Positions 11,174 through 21,683 of a stretch of DNA of 61,021 nt are shown one piece after another (within the stretch, counting starts at the first letter, position 1; each line of letters starts with the position of its first letter). The stretch lies in assembly GCA_036735985.1 (NCBI GenBank), contig DAINNH010000004.1, positions 1 through 61,021 of the forward strand, in the 5' to 3' direction. A program made the position numbers and the translations under genes. The notes under the pieces were generated by a model. That model saw only the letters and a list, made by a program, of their open reading frames with translations, did no database searches and was not told the origin of the DNA. This stretch comes from Candidatus Alectryobacillus sp. (GTDB taxonomy: Bacteria > Bacillota_I > Bacilli_A > RFN20 > CAG-826).

Positions 11174-12712
11174 TTATTGGAAATCCTCCTCATTTTTAAC
11201 AGCACTTGATCTTCCGTAGAAGATAAGTGAAATAAAGGCGACAATAACGAAGACAATAATACCGATAACACTCGCGACGCCATAATCCTTATTAACGTTA
11301 GTCATAGCAATCTTATATAACCAGGTGATTAATAAGTCGGTTTGACCAGCACCAAAGATATCAGTCGAAATTGGAACACCACCAACATTTGTAAATAATG
11401 GATTACCACCACTAAGGAGGTAAATAACGTTAAAGTTATTAATATTACCAACGAATGATTGAATTAAATATGGTCCAGTAACAAATAACATATAAGGAAG
11501 AGTAATCTTCATATACATCTTAACTGGGCTGGCTCCATCGATTCTGGCTGATTCATATAAATCAGCTGGAATATTCATTAAAATACCAGAACACATTAAC
11601 ATGGTATAAGGAATACCAATCCACATATTAACAACAATGATTGTGATTTTAGCAATTAAACCATCTTCAAGGAATTTAATATTTGTGCTAATCCAGCCAA
11701 GATTCTTTAAGATGACGTTAAAGGCGCCAACATCGGTATTTAAGAATTTAGATAAGAAAAGTAAGGAAATAAATTGTGGAACAGCTATTGTTGTAATTAA
11801 AATAGTACGCCATAATTTCTTTAACTTAATTCCCTTCTTATTAATAATTAAAGCGACGATCATTCCTAAGAAATAGTTGGTGAATGTAGCAAAAAACGCC
11901 CAAACCAATGTCCAAAGTAAGATTTGACTAAAGACATAGGCAAACTCACCACTATTGCCACCTAAACCAAAAAGCTTTTCAAAATTATATACGCCAACCC
12001 AATCGAATAATTCTTTTGGAGCGTAGAATCCAGTTGAATAATTGGTAAAGGCAACCAAAATCATAAATATTAAAGGAATAATAGTAAAAATGCATAAGCC
12101 AAAGGTTGGGAAACCTAAAAGAACTTTATGGTAATTCTTACCAACTAAGTCATTTATAGTTTGTTTTTCCGAAACCACACGTCCTATGCGTTGTGAATTT
12201 TGTAAAGTAACACTATCTTCAATTTGCTTAACCCATAAAAAGACACATATGCCAATTAAAATAAAGGCTATGACAGAATTCAATAAAATAGTAAAACTAT
12301 CATCATGGGAAGTAACAATTGCCACTGAAGTGTTTGGATCAACATATTCAGAATAAGCTGTGTTACCAAAAGTGCCAAGTTTACCTAAAGATGGTCCACC
12401 AATAAAAATCATAAATAGAATAAAGGCAACTTCATAAACTAAATTGAGAATACCTCGAAAAAATTCTTTCCTTGTAAATTCACCAAAACCCATTACGAGG
12501 AATGATAAACGAGTCTTCCAGTCACCATCAACAAAGTTATTATATAAGGTAACAAAAAAGTTGGTAATTTTCTTAAAGAATTTCATGAACGCATTTGGAA
12601 TACTCTTTGATATAAAATGCCAAATGCCTAGAGGAATCGCCTTAAAAAAAGATAATGTCTTATATAAAATCCTTTTAGGGGTTGAAAGTGAAAGATATTC
12701 AATAGTCGTCAT
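11174..12712 (-). CDS. malF: Maltodextrin ABC transporter permease (MalF/MalC-like)
   Basis: AFTNY, NMWIGIPY, LYESARIDGA, NINNFNVIYLL, TDLLITWLY motifs. Confidence 0.9.
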   Translation of the reverse strand: MTTIEYLSLSTPKRILYKTLSFFKAIPLGIWHFISKSIPNAFMKFFKKITNFFVTLYNNFVDGDWKTRLSFLVMGFGEFTRKEFFRGILNLVYEVAFILFMIFIGGPSLGKLGTFGNTAYSEYVDPNTSVAIVTSHDDSFTILLNSVIAFILIGICVFLWVKQIEDSVTLQNSQRIGRVVSEKQTINDLVGKNYHKVLLGFPTFGLCIFTIIPLIFMILVAFTNYSTGFYAPKELFDWVGVYNFEKLFGLGGNSGEFAYVFSQILLWTLVWAFFATFTNYFLGMIVALIINKKGIKLKKLWRTILITTIAVPQFISLLFLSKFLNTDVGAFNVILKNLGWISTNIKFLEDGLIAKITIIVVNMWIGIPYTMLMCSGILMNIPADLYESARIDGASPVKMYMKITLPYMLFVTGPYLIQSFVGNINNFNVIYLLSGGNPLFTNVGGVPISTDIFGAGQTDLLITWLYKIAMTNVNKDYGVASVIGIIVFVIVAFISLIFYGRSSAVKNEEDFQ

Positions 12713-12729
12713 ACATATCTCTCCTTTTT

Positions 12730-12765
12730 AAAAATTATGGCGTAGAGAAACCCCTACGCCATAAT
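12730..12765 (-). terminator. Strong hairpin between malE and malF (partial terminator / mRNA stabiliser)
   Basis: 12-bp perfect stem ATTATGGCGTAG/CTACGCCATAAT followed on the minus strand by TTTT, then the malF SD. Confidence 0.7.
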
Positions 12766-12776
12766 AAATTAATTAA

Positions 12777-14072
12777 CTATTTACTTGCGATAACGGAATC
12801 GTTAAATGTCTTACAAGCAGCGGCAAGATTTTCTTCAGTGACTGTTCCATCGATCATACCATTGATTAATGTAGCAGGAGCGCTCCAGAAGTTGCCTGGA
12901 ACTGAAGTTTGAGCATGTGCAAATGTGCCTTGTTCAGAAAGAACGGCGATATTAGCATTAGCTTTAACTGTAGCATCAGCAGCAGCAGCGATATTGCATG
13001 GAGCTGTTTGATATTCAGCAAAACGTTTTAATTGAGCTTCTTTGCCAGAAAGATATTCGGCAAGTCTGTGAGCAGCAACTAACTTATCAGCATCACCCTT
13101 TGCTGGGTTAACACCAAATAATTTACCACCTAAGAATGCACCAAGATGTTTTGTTGTTCCATCGACTGTAACTGTTGGCATAACGGCACAACCATAATTG
13201 TCACCTAAAGCGGCTTTATAGTTTGCAATATCCCATGTACCAGCCATACAAGCAATAAGACCATTGGCCTCTGTTGGAGGTTCCATTGTCTTTGTCCAAG
13301 AAGCATCTTTAACAATCTTCATGATAGCTTTAGCAGCAGCAATACCTTTAGCACCATCGAAATCAGCAGTTGTTGATTGAACGACACCATCAGCATCATA
13401 AACGATCTTATAGTCAGCGCCGAATGTGAACATAGCAGCACCGCCCCAGAATCCTTCTGGTAAATTATAGCCAACTTTCTTACCAAGGGTACCAGCTTTA
13501 GCTAATAATTTTTCCATTGAGCTAACATCATCAGCACTTAAGACTGACTTATCATATTGTAAATAATATGTGTTATCACCAGTGTAGGCATAAGCATAAT
13601 ATTCATCATTGAATGTAGCAGCATCTTGACCAAATTTATTGATGTTTTCTTCGATATAAGTCTTGAATTCACCAGAAACTTTAGCAAGAGCACCAGCCTT
13701 GAATAAGCCAGCTAATTTATCAGCAGCAAATTCATAGACGTCTGGTCCTGTTGTCCAGTCTGTGACTTCTGAGTCAATTTTATCTGGACCATGTTCGACA
13801 TAATTGATGGTGTAAGTATTCTTATCACCAGCAGCAGCACGAGCAGCTTTGAAGTCTTCAAATAAATCTTGGTTGAAAGTTTTGTTTGAAGCTGTACCAG
13901 AATATTCAATAGTAATTGCTTTTCCTGGTTCTACTGAAGTAGTAGGTTGTGAAGTTGTTCCATCGTCTTTTGATGTTGTAGCAGGGGTTGATGTTGTTCC
14001 ACCACAGCTAACAAGAGTAAAAGCCATTGCGCTAGACGCGGCAACGACCAATAATCTAAATGCTTTTTTCAT
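12777..14072 (-). CDS. malE: Maltose/maltodextrin-binding lipoprotein
   Basis: Lipobox TLVSC, PDVYEFAAD, YAY, GGKLFGVN; first gene of the malEFG cluster; codon usage typical of highly expressed genes. Confidence 0.85.
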   Translation of the reverse strand: MKKAFRLLVVAASSAMAFTLVSCGGTTSTPATTSKDDGTTSQPTTSVEPGKAITIEYSGTASNKTFNQDLFEDFKAARAAAGDKNTYTINYVEHGPDKIDSEVTDWTTGPDVYEFAADKLAGLFKAGALAKVSGEFKTYIEENINKFGQDAATFNDEYYAYAYTGDNTYYLQYDKSVLSADDVSSMEKLLAKAGTLGKKVGYNLPEGFWGGAAMFTFGADYKIVYDADGVVQSTTADFDGAKGIAAAKAIMKIVKDASWTKTMEPPTEANGLIACMAGTWDIANYKAALGDNYGCAVMPTVTVDGTTKHLGAFLGGKLFGVNPAKGDADKLVAAHRLAEYLSGKEAQLKRFAEYQTAPCNIAAAADATVKANANIAVLSEQGTFAHAQTSVPGNFWSAPATLINGMIDGTVTEENLAAACKTFNDSVIASK

Positions 14073-14147
14073 AAAAATTTTTAAATTTTCCTCCTTACAT
14101 TTTAGATCTATATTTAATATCCAACGTGGGATATAAATACCATAATT

Positions 14148-14161
14148 TGTAAGCGGTTACA
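14148..14161. promoter_or_regulatory. cre / LacI-family operator upstream of malE
   Basis: TGTAAGCGGTTACA fully matches the consensus TGWAANCGNTNWCA. Confidence 0.75.
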
Positions 14162-14236
14162 TTTTTTCTCAATTAAAAACTAAACCGCTGAATGAATAAA
14201 GAATATAATCAAACAAGATATCGTTTAACTGCTATT

Positions 14237-14264
14237 ATTATAAATCAACCTTTAAGTTTTTCAA
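14237..14264 (-). promoter_or_regulatory. Putative sigmaA promoter of mal operon
   Basis: Minus strand TTGAAA-N16-TATAAT. Confidence 0.55.
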
Positions 14265-14304
14265 TTATTTTTTACTATTTATAACTTAGTTATAGTCAAT
14301 AATT

Positions 14305-16005
14305 CTATTTTATTTTAAATAAATAGCACTCAAAAGGACGCAAATTAATAAAATTATTATCAATAATTTCATCTTTATAATTATGAAGCAAAACTTCACT
14401 ATTTGGGAAATAATTCCTAAATGATAGGGATTCGCTAGTAAAATTAGACACAACCATAATAGAAGTTCCACTTCCTAAATGTGTATAAGCAAAAACTTTA
14501 TTATTTTCGGGTTCAACTATTTCAAAAGGATAATTAAAAATTGCATTTAAAATATCGTAATTATGTCTTAATTTAGTTGCAGATCGAAAATAATTTAAAA
14601 TTGAATCACAATCCTTATCTTCATCTTTTTCATTGCAAATTGGATAATAAGAAACGTTTTTAATATATGGCTTATTCGTTGAAAATCCTCCATATTTTTC
14701 GTTGCTCCAACAAAATGGCGCTCGGGCATTCTGACGAGAACATCTTTTAAAGAAACGCATTAATATTTCATCACTTAATTGAGGATTAGCTAGTTTAAAG
14801 TTACGATCACTAACATTAACAAAATCAGATAAAGAAGAATAATCAACGTTAGACATGCCTATTTCATCACCATATAAAATAAAAGGCATTCCATACATAA
14901 ACAATAAGGTAGTAGATAACATTTTCGCAGATTCATTGCGGTATAAAACACTGCCATATTGTGATAAGCAACGTGGTTGATCATGGTTATTCCAATATAA
15001 AGGCATATCAGCCTCTTTATTACAAATGTCATACCATCTCTTAAAAATTGATTTTAAATTAACAACATTTGTTTTAATTTCACTATCTTCTTTTTCAAAA
15101 GAGCCATACGCTCCATTTTCCCAGCAAGTATCAAAATTAAAAACCATATTAATTGAGCCTTTAGTATAACTAGAATAATTTAAAGCTCCTTCTGATGAAA
15201 TACATCCTCCAACTTCACCAATAGTAATCGCGTTATATTTTTTAAAGACATTTTCATTAAATTCTTTTAAATAATCATAAAGACGTGGACGATTAGAATA
15301 ACGTCCCATATCAAAAACTAAACCATCTAAATCAGCTGGAAGATTTGAATCTTCAAAAGAAACATCTTTCGCTAAATGTGCAATCGCGTCAAGACGAAAG
15401 CCATCCACTCCTAATTGAAGCCAAAAAGTAGCAACTTGTTCCATTTGTTCACGTAATGCAAGGTTTTCATAATTTAAATCAGGCATTTTCTTTGAGAAAA
15501 TATGAAAGAAATATTCATCAATTTGAGGAACATATTCCCAACAAGAAGTATCAAAAAATCCTTTCCAATTATTTGGAGGAAGTTTCTCGCCATTAGGTCC
15601 AATCTTACCTTTTTTAAAAAAGTAATATCCATGTTCCTTAGAATTAACATCTTCACAAGCTTTTTTAAACCATGGATGTTCACTACTTGTATGATTTAAT
15701 ACGAGATCCAATAAAATTTTAATGCCTAATCCGTGAGCTACTTTGATTAATTCTTTCATGTCATCAAGGGTTCCAAACATTGGATTAATATCATAAAAAT
15801 CACTAACATCATAACCATCATCATCCATTGGAGATTTAAAAATTGGGCAAATCCAAATAAGGTCAACATTTAATGATTTAATATATGGCAATTTCTCAAT
15901 TATGCCTTGTAAATCGCCAATTCCATCACCATTGCTATCTTTAAAAGAAGCAGGAAATATTTGATAACAAACATATGAATTATAAGCGTGATCAAGTTTA
16001 TTCAT
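14305..16005 (-). CDS. malL: GH13 alpha-glucosidase / oligo-1,6-glucosidase family
   Basis: YQIFPASF.DSNGDGIGD, DDDGYDVSD, DLVLNHTS, NNW, MPDLN, GFRLDAI, GEV, NNHDQPR. Ala (not Val) after the nucleophile suggests alpha-1,4 preference. Start set at ATG 16005, 1 nt after the MFS stop. Confidence 0.85.
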   Translation of the reverse strand: MNKLDHAYNSYVCYQIFPASFKDSNGDGIGDLQGIIEKLPYIKSLNVDLIWICPIFKSPMDDDGYDVSDFYDINPMFGTLDDMKELIKVAHGLGIKILLDLVLNHTSSEHPWFKKACEDVNSKEHGYYFFKKGKIGPNGEKLPPNNWKGFFDTSCWEYVPQIDEYFFHIFSKKMPDLNYENLALREQMEQVATFWLQLGVDGFRLDAIAHLAKDVSFEDSNLPADLDGLVFDMGRYSNRPRLYDYLKEFNENVFKKYNAITIGEVGGCISSEGALNYSSYTKGSINMVFNFDTCWENGAYGSFEKEDSEIKTNVVNLKSIFKRWYDICNKEADMPLYWNNHDQPRCLSQYGSVLYRNESAKMLSTTLLFMYGMPFILYGDEIGMSNVDYSSLSDFVNVSDRNFKLANPQLSDEILMRFFKRCSRQNARAPFCWSNEKYGGFSTNKPYIKNVSYYPICNEKDEDKDCDSILNYFRSATKLRHNYDILNAIFNYPFEIVEPENNKVFAYTHLGSGTSIMVVSNFTSESLSFRNYFPNSEVLLHNYKDEIIDNNFINLRPFECYLFKIK

Positions 16006-16006
16006 T

Positions 16007-17278
16007 TTAAATATTTGCACTATTATCTTTTTTATTTATTTCCAAAGATTCTTGTGCGTCCTCCTTTTTATCGTTTTTATAAGATTTATATGTGAAAATA
16101 TAAAGCGTTACTGCCAATATTTGACATATAAATGATACCAAACAAAATGCCAATAAACTAACATTATATAAATATCCAAGTAACCATGAGCCTAAAAACC
16201 AAAATAGACCAAGGAAAGTATCATAAATGCCAAAGCCTTTCGAACGGTTTTCTTTAGTTGTAATAGTCGTAACTACCGCCTTAAAAACTGATTCAACTGC
16301 CCCCATACCAACACCCCAGAGAACAACACCTACTATAATTTGCCATAAAGAATTTGCATAAAAAATAAAAAACGAAAATGGCGAGGCAATTAAACACGAA
16401 ATCACTAAACTTAAAAAATTCTTTTTATCATAAAGATAGCCAAATATTAAAGCAGATAAGGCATCAATAAGCATCGCCAAAGAATAAAGTAGAGCCAAAT
16501 AATTTTCTGGTACTAATTTTAGTTCTGCTGCTCTAACAGTTATTAATGAAAAGTCAACGAATCCAAAACCAAAGAGACAAATTGAAATAATAAAAAGAAC
16601 GAATGTTTTATTAATAATTTTTGAATTAACCTTTGTTTTGCTAGGTTTTTCAAAATTTTCCGGATGTGGAAAACGCGTTTTTGCAATTATAAGAAAAATG
16701 AAACAAGTTAAGGCTGGAATTCCAAGAATTGCAAAAGTAATTAAGTAAGTTTTAAATTGCGTATCTTGTACTAAATAAGTCGCGCAAAGAAAAACAATAA
16801 TTGGGCCTAAAAAAGCTCCAAACTGATCAATAAATTCTTGAATTGCGAAACTTTTACCAACGCCTTCTTGGGTGCTCGCAAAAGAGACAAGTGAATCTTT
16901 AGCTGGTTTTTTAATCGCTTTTCCAACTTTTTCCATCGTAATGAAAAAACAAGCTAAAATCCAACCATTCTCAGGAACAAGTGCTAATAAAGGGATACAT
17001 ATTAAATCTAAGACATATCCCAAAATAGTAATTAACCAATATTTTTTAGTTTTATCAGCTACATAACCCGTTAAAATACGTAAAGTATAGCCAATAAACA
17101 TACCTAAACCCGAAACAAAACCAATTGCGGTTGTATTAGCTCCACTAAGAGTTAAAAAGTCGCCAATTACGGAATTGGCGCCCTCGTGAGTCATGTCGCT
17201 AAAAAGCGAAACAAAACCCATTAATAATATAAAGATAAAGGCTTGAGAAAATATTCTTTTGTTCTCATTTTTCTTCAT
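16007..17278 (-). CDS. MFS transporter
   Basis: About 12 hydrophobic segments, GYVADKTKKYW loop motif, GKAIKKPAKDSL, GYLYDKK second-half motif. Confidence 0.88.
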   Translation of the reverse strand: MKKNENKRIFSQAFIFILLMGFVSLFSDMTHEGANSVIGDFLTLSGANTTAIGFVSGLGMFIGYTLRILTGYVADKTKKYWLITILGYVLDLICIPLLALVPENGWILACFFITMEKVGKAIKKPAKDSLVSFASTQEGVGKSFAIQEFIDQFGAFLGPIIVFLCATYLVQDTQFKTYLITFAILGIPALTCFIFLIIAKTRFPHPENFEKPSKTKVNSKIINKTFVLFIISICLFGFGFVDFSLITVRAAELKLVPENYLALLYSLAMLIDALSALIFGYLYDKKNFLSLVISCLIASPFSFFIFYANSLWQIIVGVVLWGVGMGAVESVFKAVVTTITTKENRSKGFGIYDTFLGLFWFLGSWLLGYLYNVSLLAFCLVSFICQILAVTLYIFTYKSYKNDKKEDAQESLEINKKDNSANI

Positions 17279-17348
17279 ACATGATTATTTTAGTCCTTTT
17301 TACATAGAATAGAGCACAAAAAAATTGCAAAATGTACTTTAATTTTTA

Positions 17349-17377
17349 TTGAAATAAAGAGTCAAAAAATGTATTAT
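17349..17377 (+). promoter_or_regulatory. Putative sigmaA promoter of typA
   Basis: TTGAAA-N17-TATTAT. Confidence 0.55.
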
Positions 17378-17409
17378 ATTACACGTGCTTAATAAAGGAG
17401 GCTACATGT

Positions 17410-19239
17410 ATGGATATTAGAAACGTCGCAATTATTGCTCACGTCGATCATGGTAAGACTACACTTGTTAGCCAACTTTTAAAATTTGCAGGTGCTTTTA
17501 GAGATCCTTCTCAACTCGCTTCTGATTTCGTTGATACAAACCCAATCGAACGTGAAAGAGGAATCACCATTTTAGCAAAAACCACTTCAATGGACTATAA
17601 AGGTACAAAAATTCATATTTTAGACACTCCAGGGCATGCTGATTTCGGCGGCGAAGTTGAAAGAATCATGCACATGGTGGATGGTTGTATATTAGTCGTG
17701 GATGCCTTTGAAGGAACAATGCCACAAACACGTTTTGTTCTTAAAAAAGCCCTCGAATCTCATGTTAAACCAATTGTGGTTATTAATAAAATTGATCGAC
17801 CAAACGCCGATGCTTCAAAAGCAGTCGACGAAGTCCTCAATTTATTTATTGAACTTGGTGCTCCAGATGAATTCTTAGATTTTAAAGTTGTTTACACAAG
17901 TGCTTTAAAAGGGACTTCGTCGCTTTCACCAAAACCTGAAGATCAACAATTAGGTATGGCTCCAGTCCTCGATTTAATTCTTTCGGAGATTCCAGCTCCA
18001 AATGTTGATCCAAATGGACCTTTCCAATTTCAACCAGCTTTATTAGATTATAACGATTTCGTTGGTAGAATTGGCATCGGTTTAATTAAAAGAGGAACTG
18101 TCAAAGTAAATGATACAGTCACATGTATGAGACTTGATGGGACTAATAAACAATTTAAAGTTTTAAAACTTTATGGTTATTCAGGTATTAGCCGTGTTGA
18201 AATTGCTCAAGCCTCAGCTGGCGATATTATCGCAGTAGCTGGCTTAGTTGATATTAATGTCGGCGAAACACTTTGTGCTCCAACTAATCTTGAAGCTCTT
18301 CCAATTCTAAGAATTGATGAGCCAACTCTTCAAATGACTTTTGGAACTAATTCTTCACCACTTGCTGGCAAAGATGGTAAAAATCTAACTGCTCGCAAAA
18401 TTGAAGAAAGACTATTCCGTGAAGTTCAAAGAGATGTTTCATTAAGAGTAAAGAGAATTGAAAATGCTGAGCAATGGATTGTTTCAGGCCGTGGTGAATT
18501 ACATTTAGGCATATTAATTGAAAATATGAGACGTGAAGATTTTGAACTTGAAGTTTCAAAACCAGAAGTCATTATAAAAGAGATTGATGGCGTAAAATGT
18601 GAACCTTATGAAGATTTATTAATTGATATTCCAAATGATTATACTGGAACAATTATGGATGCTCTTGGATTCAGAAATGCCGAACTTCAAAACATGGATG
18701 CTAATGATTTAACAACTAAATTATTTTATGTTATTCCTTCACGTGGTTTGATTGGTTTTATTTCAAATTTCCTTACTTTAACAAAAGGATATGGAATTAT
18801 TTCTCATACATACCGCGAATATCGTCCAATGATTAAAGCTAATGTTGGCGAACGTCAAGTCGGTGTCCTTGTTAGTGTTGATGGTGGACCATCAACTCCA
18901 TATGCGATTGAACACGTTGAAGATCGTGGTGTCTTGTTTATCGATCCTAAGACTGAAGTCTATGAAGGCATGATTGTCGGTGAAAATAAATATGACATTG
19001 ATTTAGCTGTTAACGTTACTCAAACAAAGCCACAAACAAACGTTCGTAGTTCAAATAAAGATGTTACGGTTGTCTTAAAATCTCCACGCAAAATGTCACT
19101 TGAGGCTTGCCTTGATTACATTAATCGTGATGAACTTGTTGAAATTACTCCAGAAACGTATAGAATGCGTAAAAAGATTCTTGATACAGCTGAACGTAAG
19201 AAATTTGACTTTAAAAAGAGAAACGGACTCGTTCAATAA
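17410..19239 (+). CDS. typA: Translational GTPase TypA/BipA
   Basis: [61 protein letters not shown]. Confidence 0.97.
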   Translation: MDIRNVAIIAHVDHGKTTLVSQLLKFAGAFRDPSQLASDFVDTNPIERERGITILAKTTSMDYKGTKIHILDTPGHADFGGEVERIMHMVDGCILVVDAFEGTMPQTRFVLKKALESHVKPIVVINKIDRPNADASKAVDEVLNLFIELGAPDEFLDFKVVYTSALKGTSSLSPKPEDQQLGMAPVLDLILSEIPAPNVDPNGPFQFQPALLDYNDFVGRIGIGLIKRGTVKVNDTVTCMRLDGTNKQFKVLKLYGYSGISRVEIAQASAGDIIAVAGLVDINVGETLCAPTNLEALPILRIDEPTLQMTFGTNSSPLAGKDGKNLTARKIEERLFREVQRDVSLRVKRIENAEQWIVSGRGELHLGILIENMRREDFELEVSKPEVIIKEIDGVKCEPYEDLLIDIPNDYTGTIMDALGFRNAELQNMDANDLTTKLFYVIPSRGLIGFISNFLTLTKGYGIISHTYREYRPMIKANVGERQVGVLVSVDGGPSTPYAIEHVEDRGVLFIDPKTEVYEGMIVGENKYDIDLAVNVTQTKPQTNVRSSNKDVTVVLKSPRKMSLEACLDYINRDELVEITPETYRMRKKILDTAERKKFDFKKRNGLVQ

Positions 19240-19242
19240 CAA

Positions 19243-19271
19243 AAAAATCCTTGCAAATCGCAAGGATTTTT
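19243..19271. terminator. Bidirectional intrinsic terminator
   Basis: AAAAATCCTTGC-aaatc-GCAAGGATTTTT between convergent genes. Confidence 0.85.
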
Positions 19272-19289
19272 ATTTGATTGACAATTCAA

Positions 19290-20033
19290 CTAATTTATAC
19301 TCATTGAAGTTAAAAACTTTTCTGTTTTTTCGTTTTTTGGACAATTAAAGACTTGATCAGGTGTCCCATCTTCAATAATACGACGATCAGCGACATATAT
19401 AATTCTTGTGGCGATGTTTTTAGCAAAATTCATTTCGTGGGTCACAATAACCATCGTCATTCCTTCTTTTGCTAGATCCTTAATAACATTCAAAACCTCC
19501 CCAACCATTTCTGGGTCGAGGGCACTTGTTGGTTCATCAAAAAGCATGATTTCTGGTTTCATGCATAAAGCACGAGCGATAGCAACTCTTTGCTTTTGAC
19601 CACCGGATAATTTTGTAACACGATTTGTCAAAAAGTCTGCCATTCCCACTTTTTTTAGATTCTCAAGACTGGTTGCGGTAGCTTCTTCTTTTGTTTTCTT
19701 GAGTACTTTCATTTGCGCTAAATTACAATTACCCAAAACATTATAATTGGAAAATAAATTGAAATTTTGGAATACCATGCCAATATGGGTACGGATTTCA
19801 TCGACATTAAATCCTCGATCCATGATATTCTTTCCTTTAAAATATATTTCACCACTTGTTGGCTGTTCAAGAAGATTTAAGCATCTTAATAATGTTGATT
19901 TGCCACCACCCGAAGCCCCAATAATAACGATAACTTCACCACGATGAATTTCAAAAGATACTCCATCAAGAACAACTTGATCGCCAAAATCTTTACGTAA
20001 ATTATGAACTGAAATTAACACATCATCACTCAT
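19290..20033 (-). CDS. Polar amino acid ABC transporter ATPase
   Basis: [57 protein letters not shown]. Confidence 0.93.
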   Translation of the reverse strand: MSDDVLISVHNLRKDFGDQVVLDGVSFEIHRGEVIVIIGASGGGKSTLLRCLNLLEQPTSGEIYFKGKNIMDRGFNVDEIRTHIGMVFQNFNLFSNYNVLGNCNLAQMKVLKKTKEEATATSLENLKKVGMADFLTNRVTKLSGGQKQRVAIARALCMKPEIMLFDEPTSALDPEMVGEVLNVIKDLAKEGMTMVIVTHEMNFAKNIATRIIYVADRRIIEDGTPDQVFNCPKNEKTEKFLTSMSIN

Positions 20034-20769
20034 CTAAAGTCACCACCTTTAACTTTTTGCGGTCATGGACATCAAAATCAAGTTTTTTCTCAATTTGACG
20101 TAACGAAATCGAACAAATTAAAGTAACACACAAATACATAAATGCCACAATTAAATATAACTGAAGAGTCATATAAGTTTGCCCAGCAATTAAATTGCCA
20201 ACATAATAAAGTTCACTTACGGCTATAACATTTAATACAGATGAATCCTTAATATTTACAATAAGTTCGTTCCCAATTGTTGGGATAGAGATTTTTAAAG
20301 CTTGTGGTATAACAATAAAGAAATTAGTCTTTAAATTCGACATACCAAGGCTGCGCCCAGCTTCAATTTGGCCTTTGTCAACAGCATTAATTCCACTACG
20401 GACAATTTCAGCCATATAAGCCGCAGTATTTAAACTAATAACAATTAAACCACAAATCAAAGGATTCCAATTTAAGCCTAAAGCCGCACCACCAAAATAG
20501 ACAACCATCGCCTGAACCATCATTGGTGTTCCTCTAAAGAATTCAATATAACATGTCGATAAAATTGAAAAGAAGTGTTTAAAAAACGCCACGATTCTTT
20601 TATCTTTTTTCTTATCTACCTTTAAATTACGTAAAATAGCTAAACCCATTCCAAGGATTAATCCAACTACGGTGCCAACAATAGCTAAAAGAATGGTATA
20701 GCCTAAACCTACTAATAATTTAACGTAGTTATTGGCTAAGATATAACCAATGTCTTTAAAAATATCCAT
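20026..20769 (-). CDS. Polar amino acid ABC transporter permease
   Basis: FRGTPMMVQ, AYMAEIVRSGI, GQIEAGRSLG, GNELIVNIKDSS. Confidence 0.93.
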   Translation of the reverse strand: MDIFKDIGYILANNYVKLLVGLGYTILLAIVGTVVGLILGMGLAILRNLKVDKKKDKRIVAFFKHFFSILSTCYIEFFRGTPMMVQAMVVYFGGAALGLNWNPLICGLIVISLNTAAYMAEIVRSGINAVDKGQIEAGRSLGMSNLKTNFFIVIPQALKISIPTIGNELIVNIKDSSVLNVIAVSELYYVGNLIAGQTYMTLQLYLIVAFMYLCVTLICSISLRQIEKKLDFDVHDRKKLKVVTLDE

Positions 20770-21593
20770 TATTTAGTGTTAGCTCTAAGAATGGCACCAT
20801 CCATTAAAGACTGACGAGTTTCTTCATTTATTTCACTTAAAGCAGTATTCAATTTATCTCTTAAAGTCGTATTGCCTTCTTTAACAGCAACAGCAACTCC
20901 TAGTTCATTATTATCTAAATTTTGAAAACCATTTTCTTTAGTAAAGGTAATTAATTTTAAATCACTATTACTATTAACAATTGAACGTGCAACAGGGTAT
21001 TCAGCTGTCATGGCATCACTAGCACCACTAGTTACGCTTAAAGCACAATCACCAAATGATTTTAAAGGACTTTGATGAATGACATTTGGAATTTGATCAA
21101 TGATATCATCAGTTAAAGTCGAAAGTTGAGAAACAACTTTGGCTCCTGTTAAATCCGCTAAAGATGCACTAGAAGCATATTTACTATCATTACGCACAAT
21201 AACGGTCATTTGTGAAGTGTAGTAATTCGATGTAAAATCAACAGACTTATCTCTTTCTTCACTATAAGACATACCAGCAATAATACAATTTATTAAATTA
21301 GTATTTAATGATGGGATTAAAGACTCCCAGACAATTCTTTTAATTGTTACACTATATCCTAATTTTTCAGCGAGAGCTTTGCTAATTTGAATATCATAAC
21401 CATCAGCAAAGTCACTACTATCAGCAATTGGTAATGTGTAATCATTACTTGACGAAACGGTCCAATTAAATGGTGAATAATTGCATTCAAGACCGACTAC
21501 AAGGGCATTATCGTTATTATTGGAACCACACGATGATAAACACATCGTGCCAATAAAAGATAATGCAATTGATAAGACTAATTTTCTACGCAT
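20769..21593 (-). CDS. Amino acid (probably lysine) ABC transporter substrate-binding lipoprotein
   Basis: Lipobox LSSC, VGLECNYSPFNW, GYDIQI, IIAGMS...R; ATG 21593 chosen from SD AGGGAGGA; downstream of a lysine riboswitch. Confidence 0.88.
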   Translation of the reverse strand: MRRKLVLSIALSFIGTMCLSSCGSNNNDNALVVGLECNYSPFNWTVSSSNDYTLPIADSSDFADGYDIQISKALAEKLGYSVTIKRIVWESLIPSLNTNLINCIIAGMSYSEERDKSVDFTSNYYTSQMTVIVRNDSKYASSASLADLTGAKVVSQLSTLTDDIIDQIPNVIHQSPLKSFGDCALSVTSGASDAMTAEYPVARSIVNSNSDLKLITFTKENGFQNLDNNELGVAVAVKEGNTTLRDKLNTALSEINEETRQSLMDGAILRANTK

Positions 21594-21614
21594 ATTTGTA
21601 TCCTCCCTTTGTAG

Positions 21615-21647
21615 AAAAAAAGATTGCATCATCTATCAATGCAATCT
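21615..21647 (-). terminator. Riboswitch expression-platform terminator
   Basis: AGATTGCAT-N9-ATGCAATCT followed by a T6 tract on the minus strand, just before the SD. Confidence 0.8.
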
Positions 21648-21683
21648 CAATTCACAAAAAATAGTGAATACAAACATTACATT

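Noticed and set aside
12777-14072. Higher GC and different codon usage in malE, mglB and the mglC core suggesting horizontal transfer
   Set aside because: The pattern (GCT, GGT, AAC, TTC, ATC) is that of highly expressed genes, and there are no integrase, IS or att flanks.
17406-17420. Out-of-frame ATG 4 nt upstream (CATGTATG) at both typA and the divergent MFS gene
   Set aside because: SD spacing favours the second ATG; resulting micro-ORFs are 4-5 codons; likely chance.
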